A DNA stretch of 64,000 nt from Octopus vulgaris (GCA_951406725.2 OX597816.1:129084001-129148000), one strand, 5' to 3'; shown: positions 27,278-39,835, counted from the first letter of the stretch. Numbers and translations are program-made. The notes: generated from the sequence alone by a model not told the origin.

Positions 27278-27484
27278 TGAGGTGTATTCAAAAAGTATCC
27301 AACTTCATTCCTTCCTGTCAAAACTAATGCCATATGAGCAAAATCCTTTGGGTGGGAAGTGACACCACCCTTCCTGTGCATGTATGAAACTTTTTGTACA
27401 TGTGCAGGAACAGTGACATGTCCCCCCACTCAAAGGTTTTTGCCCATGTGGCATTAATTTTGGATACTTTTTGAATGCACCTCA
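27278..27484. mobile_element. Mariner-type MITE, nearly fully palindromic
   Basis: TIRs tgaggtgtattcaaaaagtatcca / tggatactttttgaatgcacctca after TA; inner arms also complementary. Confidence 0.85.
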
Positions 27485-27708
27485 TGTATGACTAGGCAGG
27501 ACTGAACATTTTATTCAGCTTTCAGCATTCTTTATATATGTGTGTCTATATATGTGTATCTCTGAATACAAAATACTTCATCACTTTTCACTATCTCTGC
27601 CCATGGCAGAATGCACTCAAGTCAGGCTTTTGAATGGTAAGGAAGCTACTTATGACACAGCTATTCCTGCTCATGTAAAGCCACTCCTGCACCTATATGT
27701 ACAGATAC

Positions 27709-29630
27709 ATCATCATCATCATCATCATCGTTAACATCCGTTTTCCATGCTGGCATGAGTTGGATGGTTTGACTGAGGACTGGCAAGCAGAAGGCTGTAC
27801 CAGGCTCCAATCTGATTTGATGCTTTTCCTAGCACCAACCACTCTGAGAGTGAAGTGGGTGCTTTTTACGTGCCACCAGCACGAGGGCCAGTCAGGCAGT
27901 GTTGACATCAACCACACTGGAATGGTGCTTTTTACGTGCCACTGGCACAGGAATCAGTCAGGTGGTACTGGCAATGATCATGCTTGAATTGTGCCTATAA
28001 CATGCCACTGGTGCCTGTCAGGCAGTACTGGCATCAACCAAAACAATGATTTCACTTGACTCAACATGTCTTCGCAAGCACAGTTTATTGCCCAATGACT
28101 AAAGCGTACTCTTAAATGGGCTGGTTATGCTACACTGGTATAGGCAACAGATACAGTCTCACTCGGCTTGCTTGGTCTTCTCAAGAACAGCATATCTCCG
28201 AAGCTCTCGGTCACTCATCATCACCTCTGTGAGACATAATGTTTGAAGATCGTGCTTCACCACCTCATCCCAGGTTTTTCTATCTCTTCCACAGATTCCC
28301 TCTACTGCTAGGGTGTGATACTTTTTACACAGCTGTCCTCATCCATACACAACACATGACCATACCAGTCCAGTCGTCTCACTTGCACACCACATCTGAT
28401 GCTTCTTTCGTCCAACTTTTCTCTCAGGATGCTTATATTTTGTCATGTATGCACACCAACATTATACATCCAGTGGAACATACTAGCTTCATTTCTTGCA
28501 AGCTTACACATGTCCTCATCAGTCATGGCCCATGTTTCACTGCCATGTAGCATAGCTGTTCGCACACGTGTCATACAATCTACCTTTCACAGTTAGCAAG
28601 AGGCTCTTTGTTACCAGCAGAGGTAGGAGCTTTCTGAACTTTGCCCAGGCTACTCATATTCTAGCAGCTACGCTTTCAGAGCAATCAACCCCACTACTAA
28701 CTTGGTCACCTAGGTAATGGAAGCTATCAACTACTTCCAGTTTTTCTCCCTGGTATGTGATGGAAGCTGTTTTCTGCACATTCTCAGTGTTTATTGCCTC
28801 TGAGCATTTACCACACACAAAAACTATCTTCCCAGTTATCTTAGATATTGCTGCACCTCTTATGTGTCCATCATTTACACCATGTACATCTTATGGATTT
28901 TCTACCTACGCCTTTTCTACAGATCAAGCAGGGTCATTTATCTAAAGGGATTTGTGATTTGTCTGTCTTCCTACTTACTGAGACTTTGGATTTTGCTAGA
29001 TTGACTCTAAGGCCCTTCGATTCTAGACCTTGCTTCCACACCTAAAACTTTTCCTCTAGTTCTGATAGTGATTCAGCTATTAGAGCAAGGTCATCAGCAT
29101 AGAGAATCTCCCAGGGGTACTGATCCTCACCTTACTGACAGCATCCCTGTACATGGCTTGTACAGCTCTCACTAACCACTCATCTATCCCTAGTTTCTGC
29201 ATTGACCACCAGATAAGGGATCAGGCTATCAAAGGCTTTCTCCGTGTCAACAAAAACCAAGTATAGAGGTTTATCTTTGACTGAGTATCTCTCCTGCAGC
29301 TGTCTCATCAGAAATATAGCGTCAGTGGTGCTTTTCCCTGGCACAAACCCAAACTGCATCTTGTCTAGATTGCCTTTCTCCATAATTAGTTGGGCTATGA
29401 CCCTTTCCATGACTTTCATTACCTGATCCAGCAACTTGATAACTCTATAATTATTCATACCTAATGCATACCTTTACCTTTCTTGACTATGGTGCTGCTA
29501 CACCAGTTATTGGGTATGACTCCTTGTATCACCTGATCGACTATACAGGTGACTAGACTATAGCTACACCACCAGATATTTTTGTGGTGATTCCTGATCT
29601 TCATACCCTTAATTGCTTTATCTACCAAGG
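27709..29630 (-). mobile_element. RTE-clade LINE, ~1.9 kb, internally deleted and frameshifted
   Basis: NYRVIKLLDQVMKVMERV...QFGFVPGKSTTDAIF...VFVD.EKAFD, LYADDL, FHYLGD, C-terminus, 3' UTR and (GAT)n tail. Confidence 0.92.
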
Positions 29631-29681
29631 TACTGCCTATTTAGATAGCTGGTACCTCTGTTGAGTCGACATTTTGCAATA

Positions 29682-29893
29682 CAGTAATCCTTCAACTATT
29701 ATGGGTGTTAGATTCCAAAATCTCACACAAAAATAAATAAAATCTAAAAAAATATAAATACCTCTTGGTTGCAGAAACCCAGATATACGGAGGAGTCCAC
29801 AATAGGTGAACTGCAATGTACTGACTGTGTGATAAGTGAACTGCGATGTAATGAGTGGCGATAGCTGAACCGCGATATGGCAAGAGATTACTG
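29682..29893. mobile_element. pogo/Tigger-like MITE
   Basis: TA|cagtaatcc ... agattactg|TA; three internal gtgaactgcgat-like repeats. Confidence 0.75.
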
Positions 29894-29937
29894 TATTATA
29901 TGCAAATATATATATTGTATATGTATATGTGTGTTTG

Positions 29938-30031
<94 letters not shown>

Positions 30032-30033
<2 letters not shown>

Positions 30034-30300
30034 GGCACAGGCGTGGCTGTGTGATAAGAAGTTTGCTTCCCAACCACATGGTTCCAGGTTCGGTCCTACT
30101 GTGTGGCACCTTGGGCAAGTGTCTTCTATTATAGCTTCAGGCTGACCAAAGCCTTGTGAGTAGATTTGGTAGACGGAAGCTGGTTTGGCAAAGAGACCTA
30201 TAGAACAAGTACAACGCTTATTTTTTCAACTAGCACCTTTTAAAGTGGTGCTCCAGTATAGCCACAGTCAAATGACTGAAACAAGTAAATGAATAAAAGA
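30032..30300 (+). mobile_element. CORE-type tRNA-SINE with internal deletion
   Basis: Family match. Confidence 0.8.
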
Positions 30301-30364
30301 ATTAAAGAATATATATATATTTATATATATACATATACCTATATTTATTATGATTGCTATTTTC

Positions 30365-30797
30365 CAGTAAATATCGGTGTCTCGTTGTACCATTTATTTA
30401 CTTTTATATGTATAATTTTACCCTTATGGGCTATCTTTTACTGGAAAGCAATACTTTCGTATTGCATTATTATTTTCATTGAAACTTCTTCACTGTTATC
30501 ATTCTGTTAACGTTTTGGCATTCAGACGAGTGTACTGGCATAGATGTGGCAACATATGAAATTTTGTCCAGGTAAATGCAGCTGATGAAGACAAATTAAA
30601 TCTACATTGTCAGACGTATTTGAAGAGTCTGAAACCGGTACTGCATTATCCAATTCTAGGTTTTTCCATTTTTCAGATGTTCTTCCTAGAGGTAAGACAA
30701 ATTTTTTTCATGTTTGTTGCACACCCTCGTCTTTGCTAGTATATACGCAGTAAATATCGGTGCCTCGTTGTACCATTTATTTACTTTTATATGTATA
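30365..30797 (+). mobile_element. Retrozyme/Penelope pLTR-like non-autonomous element (383-bp unit plus 50-bp terminal direct repeat)
   Basis: 30365-30414 equals 30748-30797 except for one base; internal hammerhead; embedded in (TA)n. Confidence 0.7.
30575..30647 (+). ncRNA. Minimal type-I hammerhead ribozyme
   Basis: Stem I aatgcag/ctgcatt, core CTGATGA, stem II agac/gtct, GAAA, palindromic stem III ACCGGT, GUA cleavage triplet (cut after 30640). Confidence 0.82.
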
Positions 30798-30847
30798 TAT
30801 ATATATATATGTCTTCGTCTTTTGTTTGTTTTTTTCATAAACTCTCC

Positions 30848-30898
<51 letters not shown>

Positions 30899-30930
30899 TA
30901 CACATACATACATATATATGCATACACATG

Positions 30931-31555
30931 GAAATGACTAGAGACCGAGACCTATGGAAGTATGCTGTGCATGAGAAGACCCGGCAAGACTAGTGAGAAC
31001 ATAACCTGTGGCCCACATACCTTTCCTTCTTGGGATACAAAACTCCACTTGTGAAGACCCGTTGAGGCAAGTGAAAATCAAAATCAAAATCAAAATCAAA
31101 TCAGATATCAGAAAGCAGAACCAAAATCGAAGTCGATCAACATCAATGGAAATTGCAGTTGTGGTGCCAGTGCCAGTGACAACTAAGCGAACCATCCGAT
31201 CGTGGCCGTTGCCAGCGCCGCCCCGACTGGCCTCCGTGCCGGTGGCACGTAAAAGCACCATCCGTTCATGGCCGTTGCCAGCCTCGCCTGGCCCCCGTGC
31301 CGGTGGCACGTAAAAAGCACCATCCGACCGTGGCCGTTTGCCAGCTCTGTCTGGCACTTGTGCGGGTGACACGTAAAAAGCACCCACTACACTCACGGAG
31401 TGGTTGGCATTAGGAAGGGCATCCAGCCGTAGAAACACTGCCAGATCAGACTGGGCCTGATGCAGCCTTCTGGCTTCACAGACCCCAGTTGAACCGTCCA
31501 ACCCATGCTAGCATGGAAAGCAGACGCTAAATGATGATGATGATGATGATGATGT
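30931..31555 (+). mobile_element. Young RTE LINE 3' end (ORF end, full 3' UTR, (GAT)n)
   Basis: EMTRDRDLWKYAVHEKTRQD* (DRxxW terminal motif), CpG-rich UTR with ~61-bp tandem units. Confidence 0.9.
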
Positions 31556-32171
31556 ATTTATGTGTATTTTGTAATGTATATATCAAGTGATCCCATGTTA
31601 CCAAGCTACTATTTGCACTGATCACTATTCATTAGGATGCTTAAGCCATACATTTTCTCTCTGTCTCTCTCCCACTCTCACTCTCTCTTCTCTCTCTCTC
31701 ACTCTCACATTCTCTCTCTCTCTCTCTTGCCCTCACTTTGTCCGTCACTCTAACACAGAAAAATACACTCATGAAACACCCAAATATTATACAGAGCTGG
31801 TCTTAACATAAATAAACTCTTCCCATCAGTATTGGTTTCCTTTTCATGTTATCTCTGTTTAACTATTAATTTATCTAGCGATCTACCAATTTATTTGCCT
31901 ATTCTTCTGTCAGTCCACCAACCCATCTTTCTACCTACCTACCTGACCACCAATCCACATGTTTACCTATCTACTCTTGTATTCATCTACTGATCATTCT
32001 ACCTATCTATCTAATGAGTTATCTGCTCAGTTATCTTTCAAACTGTCTATGTACCTTTCAATCTATTTACCTTCTGACCTTTTTATCAAAGTATATATCT
32101 ACCTATCTACTTGTCTACCCGTCTACCAGCCTACCTATCTACCTGCTTACATATCTCTCTTTCTTTGTCTA

Positions 32172-32209
<38 letters not shown>

Positions 32210-32449
32210 CCTACATACCTACCTACCTACCTACCTACCTACATATATATATATACATATAAGAATGAATGTTTTTATATATAATGAACGTGAAACACAA
32301 GAAGGGACGAACACGGAGCACAGACAAATCATTCGAAGCCTTCAATCTTCAGTCAGACACCGAACCATCATAGCAAATTTATATATATATATATATATAT
32401 CTGATATTTTATAAAATTCACTCTCTGTATGTGTGTGTGAGTTTCCTCT

Positions 32450-32706
32450 ATGCACAGCCAAACCGCTGGATCAATTTGTACCAAATTTGGCATGAAGGTT
32501 TTTCATTACTCAGGGAAGATTCAAGTATATACATATATATATACCTGAGTAAACACATAAATGTGAAACAAGGTGGAAAAAAAGAGTACTCAAATACCAG
32601 AGGTAGAGTAATATGCTTTATTTAAAAGCACTAGAATATTCCCCGAGTAGTGAAAAACCTTCTTACCAAATTTAGTACAAATTGATCCAGCGGTTTGGCC
32701 GTGCAT
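32450..32706. repeat. ~70-bp inverted repeat of Helitron-like 5' sequence around a 116-bp spacer
   Basis: 32450-32520 is approximately the reverse complement of 32637-32706. Confidence 0.85.
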
Positions 32707-32869
32707 CATCATCATCATCATCATCATCATCATTTAGCGTCCGTTTTCCATGCTAGCATGGGTTGGACGGTTCAACTGGGGTCTGGGGAGCCCGAAGGCT
32801 GCACCAGGCCAGTCAGATCTGGCAGTGTATATATATAAATATATATATATATAAATATATATATAGCGG

Positions 32870-33610
32870 CGTACGTACACTTTGTTCTCTTATATGTAAG
32901 TGCACATTTTACAAAATCTTGTACGATTCTATTTCTATCAGCCTTTCACGCTTATTCATTCATTCCGCTCTTCGTTTTTTCGCTCCCCCTCTCACACATT
33001 TCTTTGCCTTCTCTTCTTACTCTCTTTCCCTCCACTTTTCACTTCACTGTGTCCCTGTCATTTTTCTCGCTTCTCCTTAATTCTTCTGTCCCTCTGCTTC
33101 TACTTCGCTCTCTTATCTTCCCACATGACCAATCGGCCAGCCTGCTCTTTTTTTCTTGGTCTAACCATGGTCCATGCAACATCGATATTATTCCCTGTGT
33201 TTGTGAAATTTTTGTATCTCTGCCGTAAGGCTTCATTTCCACACACGCCAGCTTAATTCAATTCATTCTTAGTCGAAAGACACCTGTTGTTATGTCCTGT
33301 TACTATTTTTATTGTATTTTGTATTGAATTTTATATTTGTGTAACATTGTCTGTTTTTCCCGTCCTTGTTTATGTATACATTTGCTGCTTTCTTCCAAGG
33401 AATCTAATGCTCTTAGCCTAGTTTTTCCTTGGGGCTGGCCAGATTGCAGCAATCTCAAGAATAATCAGCCGAAATTGCGAGGATAATCTGGTTCTTGATT
33501 GAAGATAGAAAACTTCAAATGACCTGTCCTTGTTTTCTTTGTATCATCTATCTGGATGTTTTGTTGTCCCTTTTTGTATCACCTAGTTGTCCGGATATTT
33601 TGCATTCTTG
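32870..33610. mobile_element. Unclassified interspersed repeat (possibly Penelope-related) between (TA) tracts
   Basis: 33470-33545 resembles the reverse complement of 32290-32378; architecture similar to 22264-23110. Confidence 0.4.
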
Positions 33611-33628
33611 TCCCATTTTGTATTTTAT

Positions 33629-33677
<49 letters not shown>

Positions 33678-33758
33678 AATATATATATAAAATATTATCA
33701 ACTGAATTTAAATAACCTTAAAAAAATTGAAATATTGCTAAACATATCATTTCAATAT

Positions 33759-34511
33759 TCTTCTTCTTCTTCTTGCCCCTTGTGGATATAGGACCTCAAT
33801 AGTTGTTTTCCATTTTTTGCGGTCATTGGTGTGTTTCTTGGCTGCTTCCCATGTCAGGCCGGTGGTCCTGAGCTCGTCCAAAATGCTCCGCTTCCATGTC
33901 TGCCTCGGGCATCCTCTCTTCCTTTTCCCCTGCAGGTTCCAGTTAAGTGCTTGTCATGTCAGATTTGATGGTTCTTTCCGCAGTGTGTGTCCGATCTATC
34001 TCCATTTCCTTCATCTAATCTGAACATGTATGGCACCTGGTCAGTGTTTGACAGAAACTTCATGGCGAGTGGGCTTGAGGGTCAGCCGGGAAAAGACAAA
34101 AGTGCTGCGTACCAACAACAAGCAGGAAGAGCCAATCACAATCGAGGGGGCACCTGTGGAGGACGTTAGTGAGTTTGTCTATCTTGGTAGCAAGATCAGC
34201 AAATCAGGTGGATCAGACAAGGACATCATGGCAAGAAGCAAGAAGGCTTGGCAAACTTTTGTTATTCTTCAGCTGGTATGGAAGTCCACTGCCATCTTGA
34301 CCCAAACTAAACTCCGCTTATTTAGTTCAAATGTAAAATCTGTGCTTTTGTATGGCTCTGAAACATGGAGAGCCACCTGCAGCAACTACAAGAAGATCCA
34401 GACCTTCATCAACAAATGTCTCCGGCAGATTCTCCATCTGAAGTAGTTCGACAGAGTGCCAAACACCGACCTGTGGGAAAGGTCCAACCAGGAGCCTATA
34501 CATGTTCAGAT
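33759..34511 (-). mobile_element. RTE-clade (BovB/SR2-like) LINE with inverted 5' segment
   Basis: 33759-34030 minus strand: HVQIR-RKWR-IGHTLRK...GKRKRGCPRQTW..DRKKW + (GAA)n; 34031-34511 plus strand: GLRVSREKTK...FVYLGS...VLLYGSETW...EPIHVQI; TSD atcatttcaatat/atcagttcaacat. Confidence 0.9.
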
Positions 34512-35190
34512 CAGTTCAACATGTAGGTACTAAAATATCTTGTTCCCAATTCCTTGGATCATTCTGAATCCATGGCAGCAAACACAACCTCAATAAGATC
34601 CATAGTTTTGTCTTCATCATAGAACAGAGGCAAAGAGAAAATGTAATGAATTACATGCGTGTGTGTGTACCTGCATACCTGCATACATACATACATACAT
34701 ACATACATACATACATACATACATACATACATACATACATACATACATACATACATACATACATGTGTACATGTGTGTATGCATTAAAATATGGACAAAC
34801 ACAAGAGAAGTTGAAATATCAGAATAATCACTACAACTTCTTTGAATATAAATGGACTTTACAAAAGATCTCTAAGAATCAGAGTTGGAAACAAAATCAA
34901 TATTTAAATTCAGTTTATGAAAGTGAGAATTTCTACTGATAATGGTGAAATAAAATTGCTTTTTTTTATATCAATATTCCAGATAAGTTATATATTTTTA
35001 CCCACTTGTAGCATTCATAGAGTTCTTTAAGATGTCTTTTATACAAAGAAATACAGTCTGTTAGTCAAATGTATTTTAACATTGTCAATGTGTGTATGTG
35101 TACATGCATGTATATGTTTGCTTGTATACATACATGTGTGAGTGAGTATATTTATATATATATGTATGTATGTATGTATATATATTTATG

Positions 35191-35230
<40 letters not shown>

Positions 35231-36179
35231 TATGAATGTATGTATGTGTGTGTGTGTGTGTGTGAGACTGTGTGTGTATGAAGGACTTCATACATATACC
35301 ATATGGGAATGTTTAATGTTTTGGTTGGATAATTTTAAGTTCCTGTTGTTGTTATTCACCATACTGTCTTATCAGAAAATGAACTTGGCAGTTTAGCAGT
35401 GTGAGAATCTGTCAATCAAAGAACGTAAAGGATCCTCATCTGTTTTCCCAATACCCTCCTTTCAGCAAGAAAAGAAACATTGATAAACAAAAACAAAAAT
35501 TCGTCTTATTCTATTTATAGTAAAGTTTAATATAACTAGAATAGTTTTCAGATAACTTCAGCATAAAAGTTCTGATCACACAGTTTTTTTTAAGGAAAGA
35601 AAACATAATAATAATATGAATTAGGTATTTTCTTTCAACTGCTCAACCACATGACCAGTCAGGAAAGTAAGCTTGAAAATAGTAAAATGAAGTGGCTCAG
35701 CAAATGATAGTGTAGCTGTGATATAGCTTTTAGAATACTCTCAATGGATTCTTCACTTGAACGAGTCAATGATTTGTGACTAAGGGTATTCAACCATCAT
35801 GACAGCACTGAGAACATATGTAATAAATATTTCATTGAACTGCTAGCCATAGTACTTTGACTGTTGATTTTGCCAAATGGTATCTCAGTGAAGGTTCTTC
35901 TTTTAATGCACTTTGACAAAATTCTCTGCCAATCATCAGTAAATAAACTAAGAACTTGTATCTATCTCTATGTACTTGTCAATCAATCGATCAATGGCTA
36001 TATATAGGTGCAGCATGGATATCTGGTTAAGACGTTCACTCCCCAACACCTTGTGGTTTGTGGTGCTGTTTACCTGCGCATCACCTTGGGCAAGAGTTTT
36101 TTCACTATAATTCTAGGCCACTCAACTCAATACCTTGAGAATGAATTTCATAGACAGAATCTGTCTTAAGCCTATTGTG

Positions 36180-36800
36180 TATGAGTGTGTATGTATGTGT
36201 GTGTGTATGCATACACACATATGTATACATGCACACACACACACACACACAGACATACATGCATGCATGTTTATGTGTATGTGTGTATATATATATATAT
36301 GCATGCATGCATACATACATGCATATGTACATACTATCACATGTACGTGCATACATGTTTATGTGTATGTGTGTGTGTGTATATATATATATATTATGTA
36401 TATATGTGTGTGTGTATATATATGCATGCATGCATACATACATACATGCATATGTACATACTATCATATGTACGTGCATACATACATACATACATACATA
36501 CATCTATCCATCCATCCATACATACATACATACATCCATACATACATACATCTATCCATCCATCCATCCATCCATCCATACATACATACATACATACATA
36601 CATCCATACATACATACATCTATCCATCCATCCATCCATACACACATACATACATACATACATCCATCCAGCCAGCCATCCATACATACATACATACATA
36701 CATGCATACATACATACATACATACATACATACATACATACATACATACATACATACATACATACATACATACATGTATGTATGTATGTATGTATGTTTG
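36180..36800. repeat. (CATA)n/(CATC)n/(TG)n compound microsatellite
   Basis: Directly visible; source of the 200+ aa HTYI ORFs. Confidence 0.95.
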
Positions 36801-37240
36801 TTTACATTTAAGCAAAAAAAAAAGAAGCTCTTACTCAGTTTCATGTAACCAATCACCAGACATCAGATGTGTAGTTTTTCAGCCTCAAGAAAATCTTATG
36901 TTTGACTATACCTTTGGAAATTCTAGTACTATTTCCTCTGCCATGTTATGAACTTATGTGTCTCTATGTATGTGTAATGTGTGTATGTTTATCTGCTTGT
37001 CTATATGTATGCTTTTAGTTGTTTCATTTCAAGTTGGCCTTTATTGAGCAGATGTTTACTTTTTACCTAGTGTGTCTTACACTATAGCGTTTCCTTCCTT
37101 TCTCTTTCAGGATTGAAGGATATGAAGGAGATTTGGTTGCTATTTCTACCAACCTGTGTAACCACATAGAGGCTCACTTAATGGTTTCATTGTTTTCAAT
37201 ATTCCAGTTTGGTGTTTGCTATTTTGTTTCACTATTGTAA

Positions 37241-37645
37241 TGCTGGCATGGGTTGGACAGCTTGACTGAGGACTGGTGAGCCATAGGCTGCACCAGGCTC
37301 AATCTGATCTAGCAAAGTTTCTACAGCTGGATGCCCTTCCTAACACCAACCACTCCAAGACTGTAGTGGGTGCTCTTACGTGCCACCAGCACAAGGGCCA
37401 GTCAGGCAGTACTGGCAATGACCATGCTCAAAAGGTGATTTTTACGTGTTTTCTGCTCAGGAGCCAGTCCGGTGGCACTGGCAACAACCAAGCTTGACTA
37501 TTGTTTTTTCACATGCCACCGGCATATGTGCCAGTAAGGTGATGCAGGCAACGATCACGCTCAAATGGTGCTTTTTATGTGCCACCGGCATGGGAGCCAA
37601 TTCGTGGCCCTGGCAATGATCACGATCGAATGGTGCTTTGAGCAG
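37241..37645 (-). mobile_element. RTE LINE 3' UTR with several tandem units
   Basis: Family match, closest to 1-345. Confidence 0.85.
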
Positions 37646-37947
37646 GACTGACTGGGCAGACTAATGATTAGATGGAAAACTAATTGAAACATCATTGTTT
37701 CAAATAATATCACTGGCCTTGCCTTTTGTCTATGTCCAAGACAATTTACTTTCATATAATTCAGTGTACATACTTATATATGTACACTGATATAAAAGAT
37801 CCAACAATAGTAAGTTAGCACTATAGACAAGTCACAACAGTAGATAATTCACAACCTACTTTGTGTTTACAGTATTTTGGTTTCAGCGTTTCACCTGTAC
37901 ATATGTTTCAAATTTTCATAAATACTATTTGCTACTTTGCTAGTAGG

Positions 37948-39220
37948 CAGCACTGGATTAACCATTAAGAAAAAAATAAGCATATACTTAAGGCATCAAG
38001 GGAAAGTGGAGCACCACAGAAATGGTAAATGGTTTACAGCCCAAAAGAAATCACATCAAATTTGATAAAATAAACATTATTGAGTGTACCTTTCAAAATG
38101 TAGATATTGTCTTTTGTATATTTTTAACATTAATGGTCACAAATTGCTCAGCTGAGCATTCATTTTCTCAGTTGAAGTATATTAAAAACCCCATCATAAC
38201 AACTATGCAACAAGGCAGGCCGGATGCCTTATGTCCACTAAGTATAGAAGTAACTGTATTATGTAAAATTAATTTTGAGAATCAGATCAAAGACTTTGCA
38301 ATTAAAAAAATGTAAGAGAAAACTTTTCAAACCTAAACAAAATGACACAAGAGTGTAAGTGCCCTGAGAGAAAAGATGGATTTAAGAAGCATCAGATGTG
38401 GTGTGCAAGAGAGATGACTGCACTGGTACGGTCATGTGTTGCATCTATATGAGGACAGCTGTGTGAAAAAGTATCACACCCTAGCAGTAGAGGGAACCTG
38501 TGGAAGAGGTAGACCCAGGAAGACCTGGGATGTGGGTGAAGCATGACCTTCGAATGTTAGGCCTCATGGAGGTGATGACAAGTGACCAAGACCTTTGGAA
38601 ATATTCTGTGCTTGAGAAGACCCAGCAAGTCAAGTGAGACCATAACTGTGGCCTATGCCAGAGTAGCATAACCAGCCTATTTAAGAGTACCCTTCAATCA
38701 TTGGGTAATAACCTGTGCTTGCAAAGATTTGTAGTGTCAAGTGAAGTTATCGTTGTGGCTGATGCCAGTATCACCTGACTGCCATGTAAAAAGCATAATT
38801 CAAGCATGGTCGATGCCTGTAACACCTGACTGGCACTCATGCCAGTGGTATGTAAAAAGCACCCACTACACTCTCGGAATGGTTGGCGTTAGGAAGGGCA
38901 TCCAGCTGTAGAAACCATACCAGATCAGATTGGAGCCTGGTACAGCCTTCTGGCTTGCCAGTCTTCAGTCAAATGGTCCAACCTATGCCAGCATGGAAAG
39001 TGGACATTAAATGACAATGATGATGAGGATGATGATGATGATGATGAAGTATACAAAAATAAGCATTATTTTCCATCTTATTGTTAGTTGTGCTTCATTA
39101 TGAAAAATACAAATTTATTTCATGGATTATTCTTACTGTTTATATTTTGAATTCTGTGTATGTGGGGGCACCAAGATCTTTTAACTGCTTAGGGCCTCTA
39201 TGGGTCTTAATCCTGCCTAG
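37948..39220 (+). mobile_element. Internally deleted hAT transposon retaining dimerization-domain coding relic
   Basis: FQNVDIVFCIFLTLMVTNCSAEHSFSQLKYIKN...TMQQGR...LSIE...IKDFA (hATC domain); TIR-like cagcactggattaa/ttaatcctgcctag; 8-bp TSD ctagtagg/ctagtaag. Confidence 0.88.
38345..39047 (+). mobile_element. RTE LINE 3' fragment nested in the hAT element
   Basis: LREKMDLRSIRCGVQER-LHWYGHV...GRGRPRKTW...DQDLWKYSVLEK, UTR, (GAT)n. Confidence 0.88.
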
Positions 39221-39279
39221 CTAGTAAGTCATCATCATCATTGGTGGAAGTGGTGGCAGTGGCATCATTGTCATCGTCA

Positions 39280-39800
39280 TTGTTGTTCTGACATCTACTT
39301 TTCTATGCTTGCAGGCATCCAGTGACATTCACTGAGGCAGATTTTCTATGGCAGTATGGTTCTCTTTGTTATCAACTCTTATCTTATTTCCAAGCAAGGT
39401 AATATTTCCCATAGTCTGGACATATTTTCTCAGAAACTTGCTAACAAAACATTACCATTTGTGTGTTAGTGGAAACTGTTGGTAACTAGCATGTGATGCC
39501 AAGACACAGAGACACACAAACAAGGCAATAGTACCACCCTACCCCACCAGACTAGGCATGTTTTCATGGAAGGCTGTAAGCAATCATCACTGCTCATATA
39601 ATGGTAATGTCTTGCTAACAATTAGCATGCAATGTCAAGACAAGAACACACATACACACACAAGACATCTTTTACAGTTCTTTCTACTAAAGTCACTCTC
39701 AATGTTTTGGTTAGCCTGGGGCTATAGTAGTAAACACTGTCCAAGGGGCTATGTAGTGGTACTGAACCCACGTGGTTGGGAAATAAACTTCGTAACTATA
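39280..39800 (-). mobile_element. Old SINE with CORE-type head and RTE-type tail
   Basis: Reverse-complement similarity to 63290-63745 and 53430-53665 (gaaatattaccttgcttgga motif). Confidence 0.6.
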
Positions 39801-39835
39801 TAATCATGCTTATATGTTTGTGTATATCAATCTTC

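Noticed and set aside
31190-31385. CRISPR-like repeat-spacer array
   Set aside because: Whole units are homologous tandem repeats within a LINE UTR; eukaryotic context, no cas genes
36105-36951. Long overlapping ORFs (up to 258 aa) and similar YI/VCMY/HTYI ORFs throughout
   Set aside because: Translations of stop-free microsatellites
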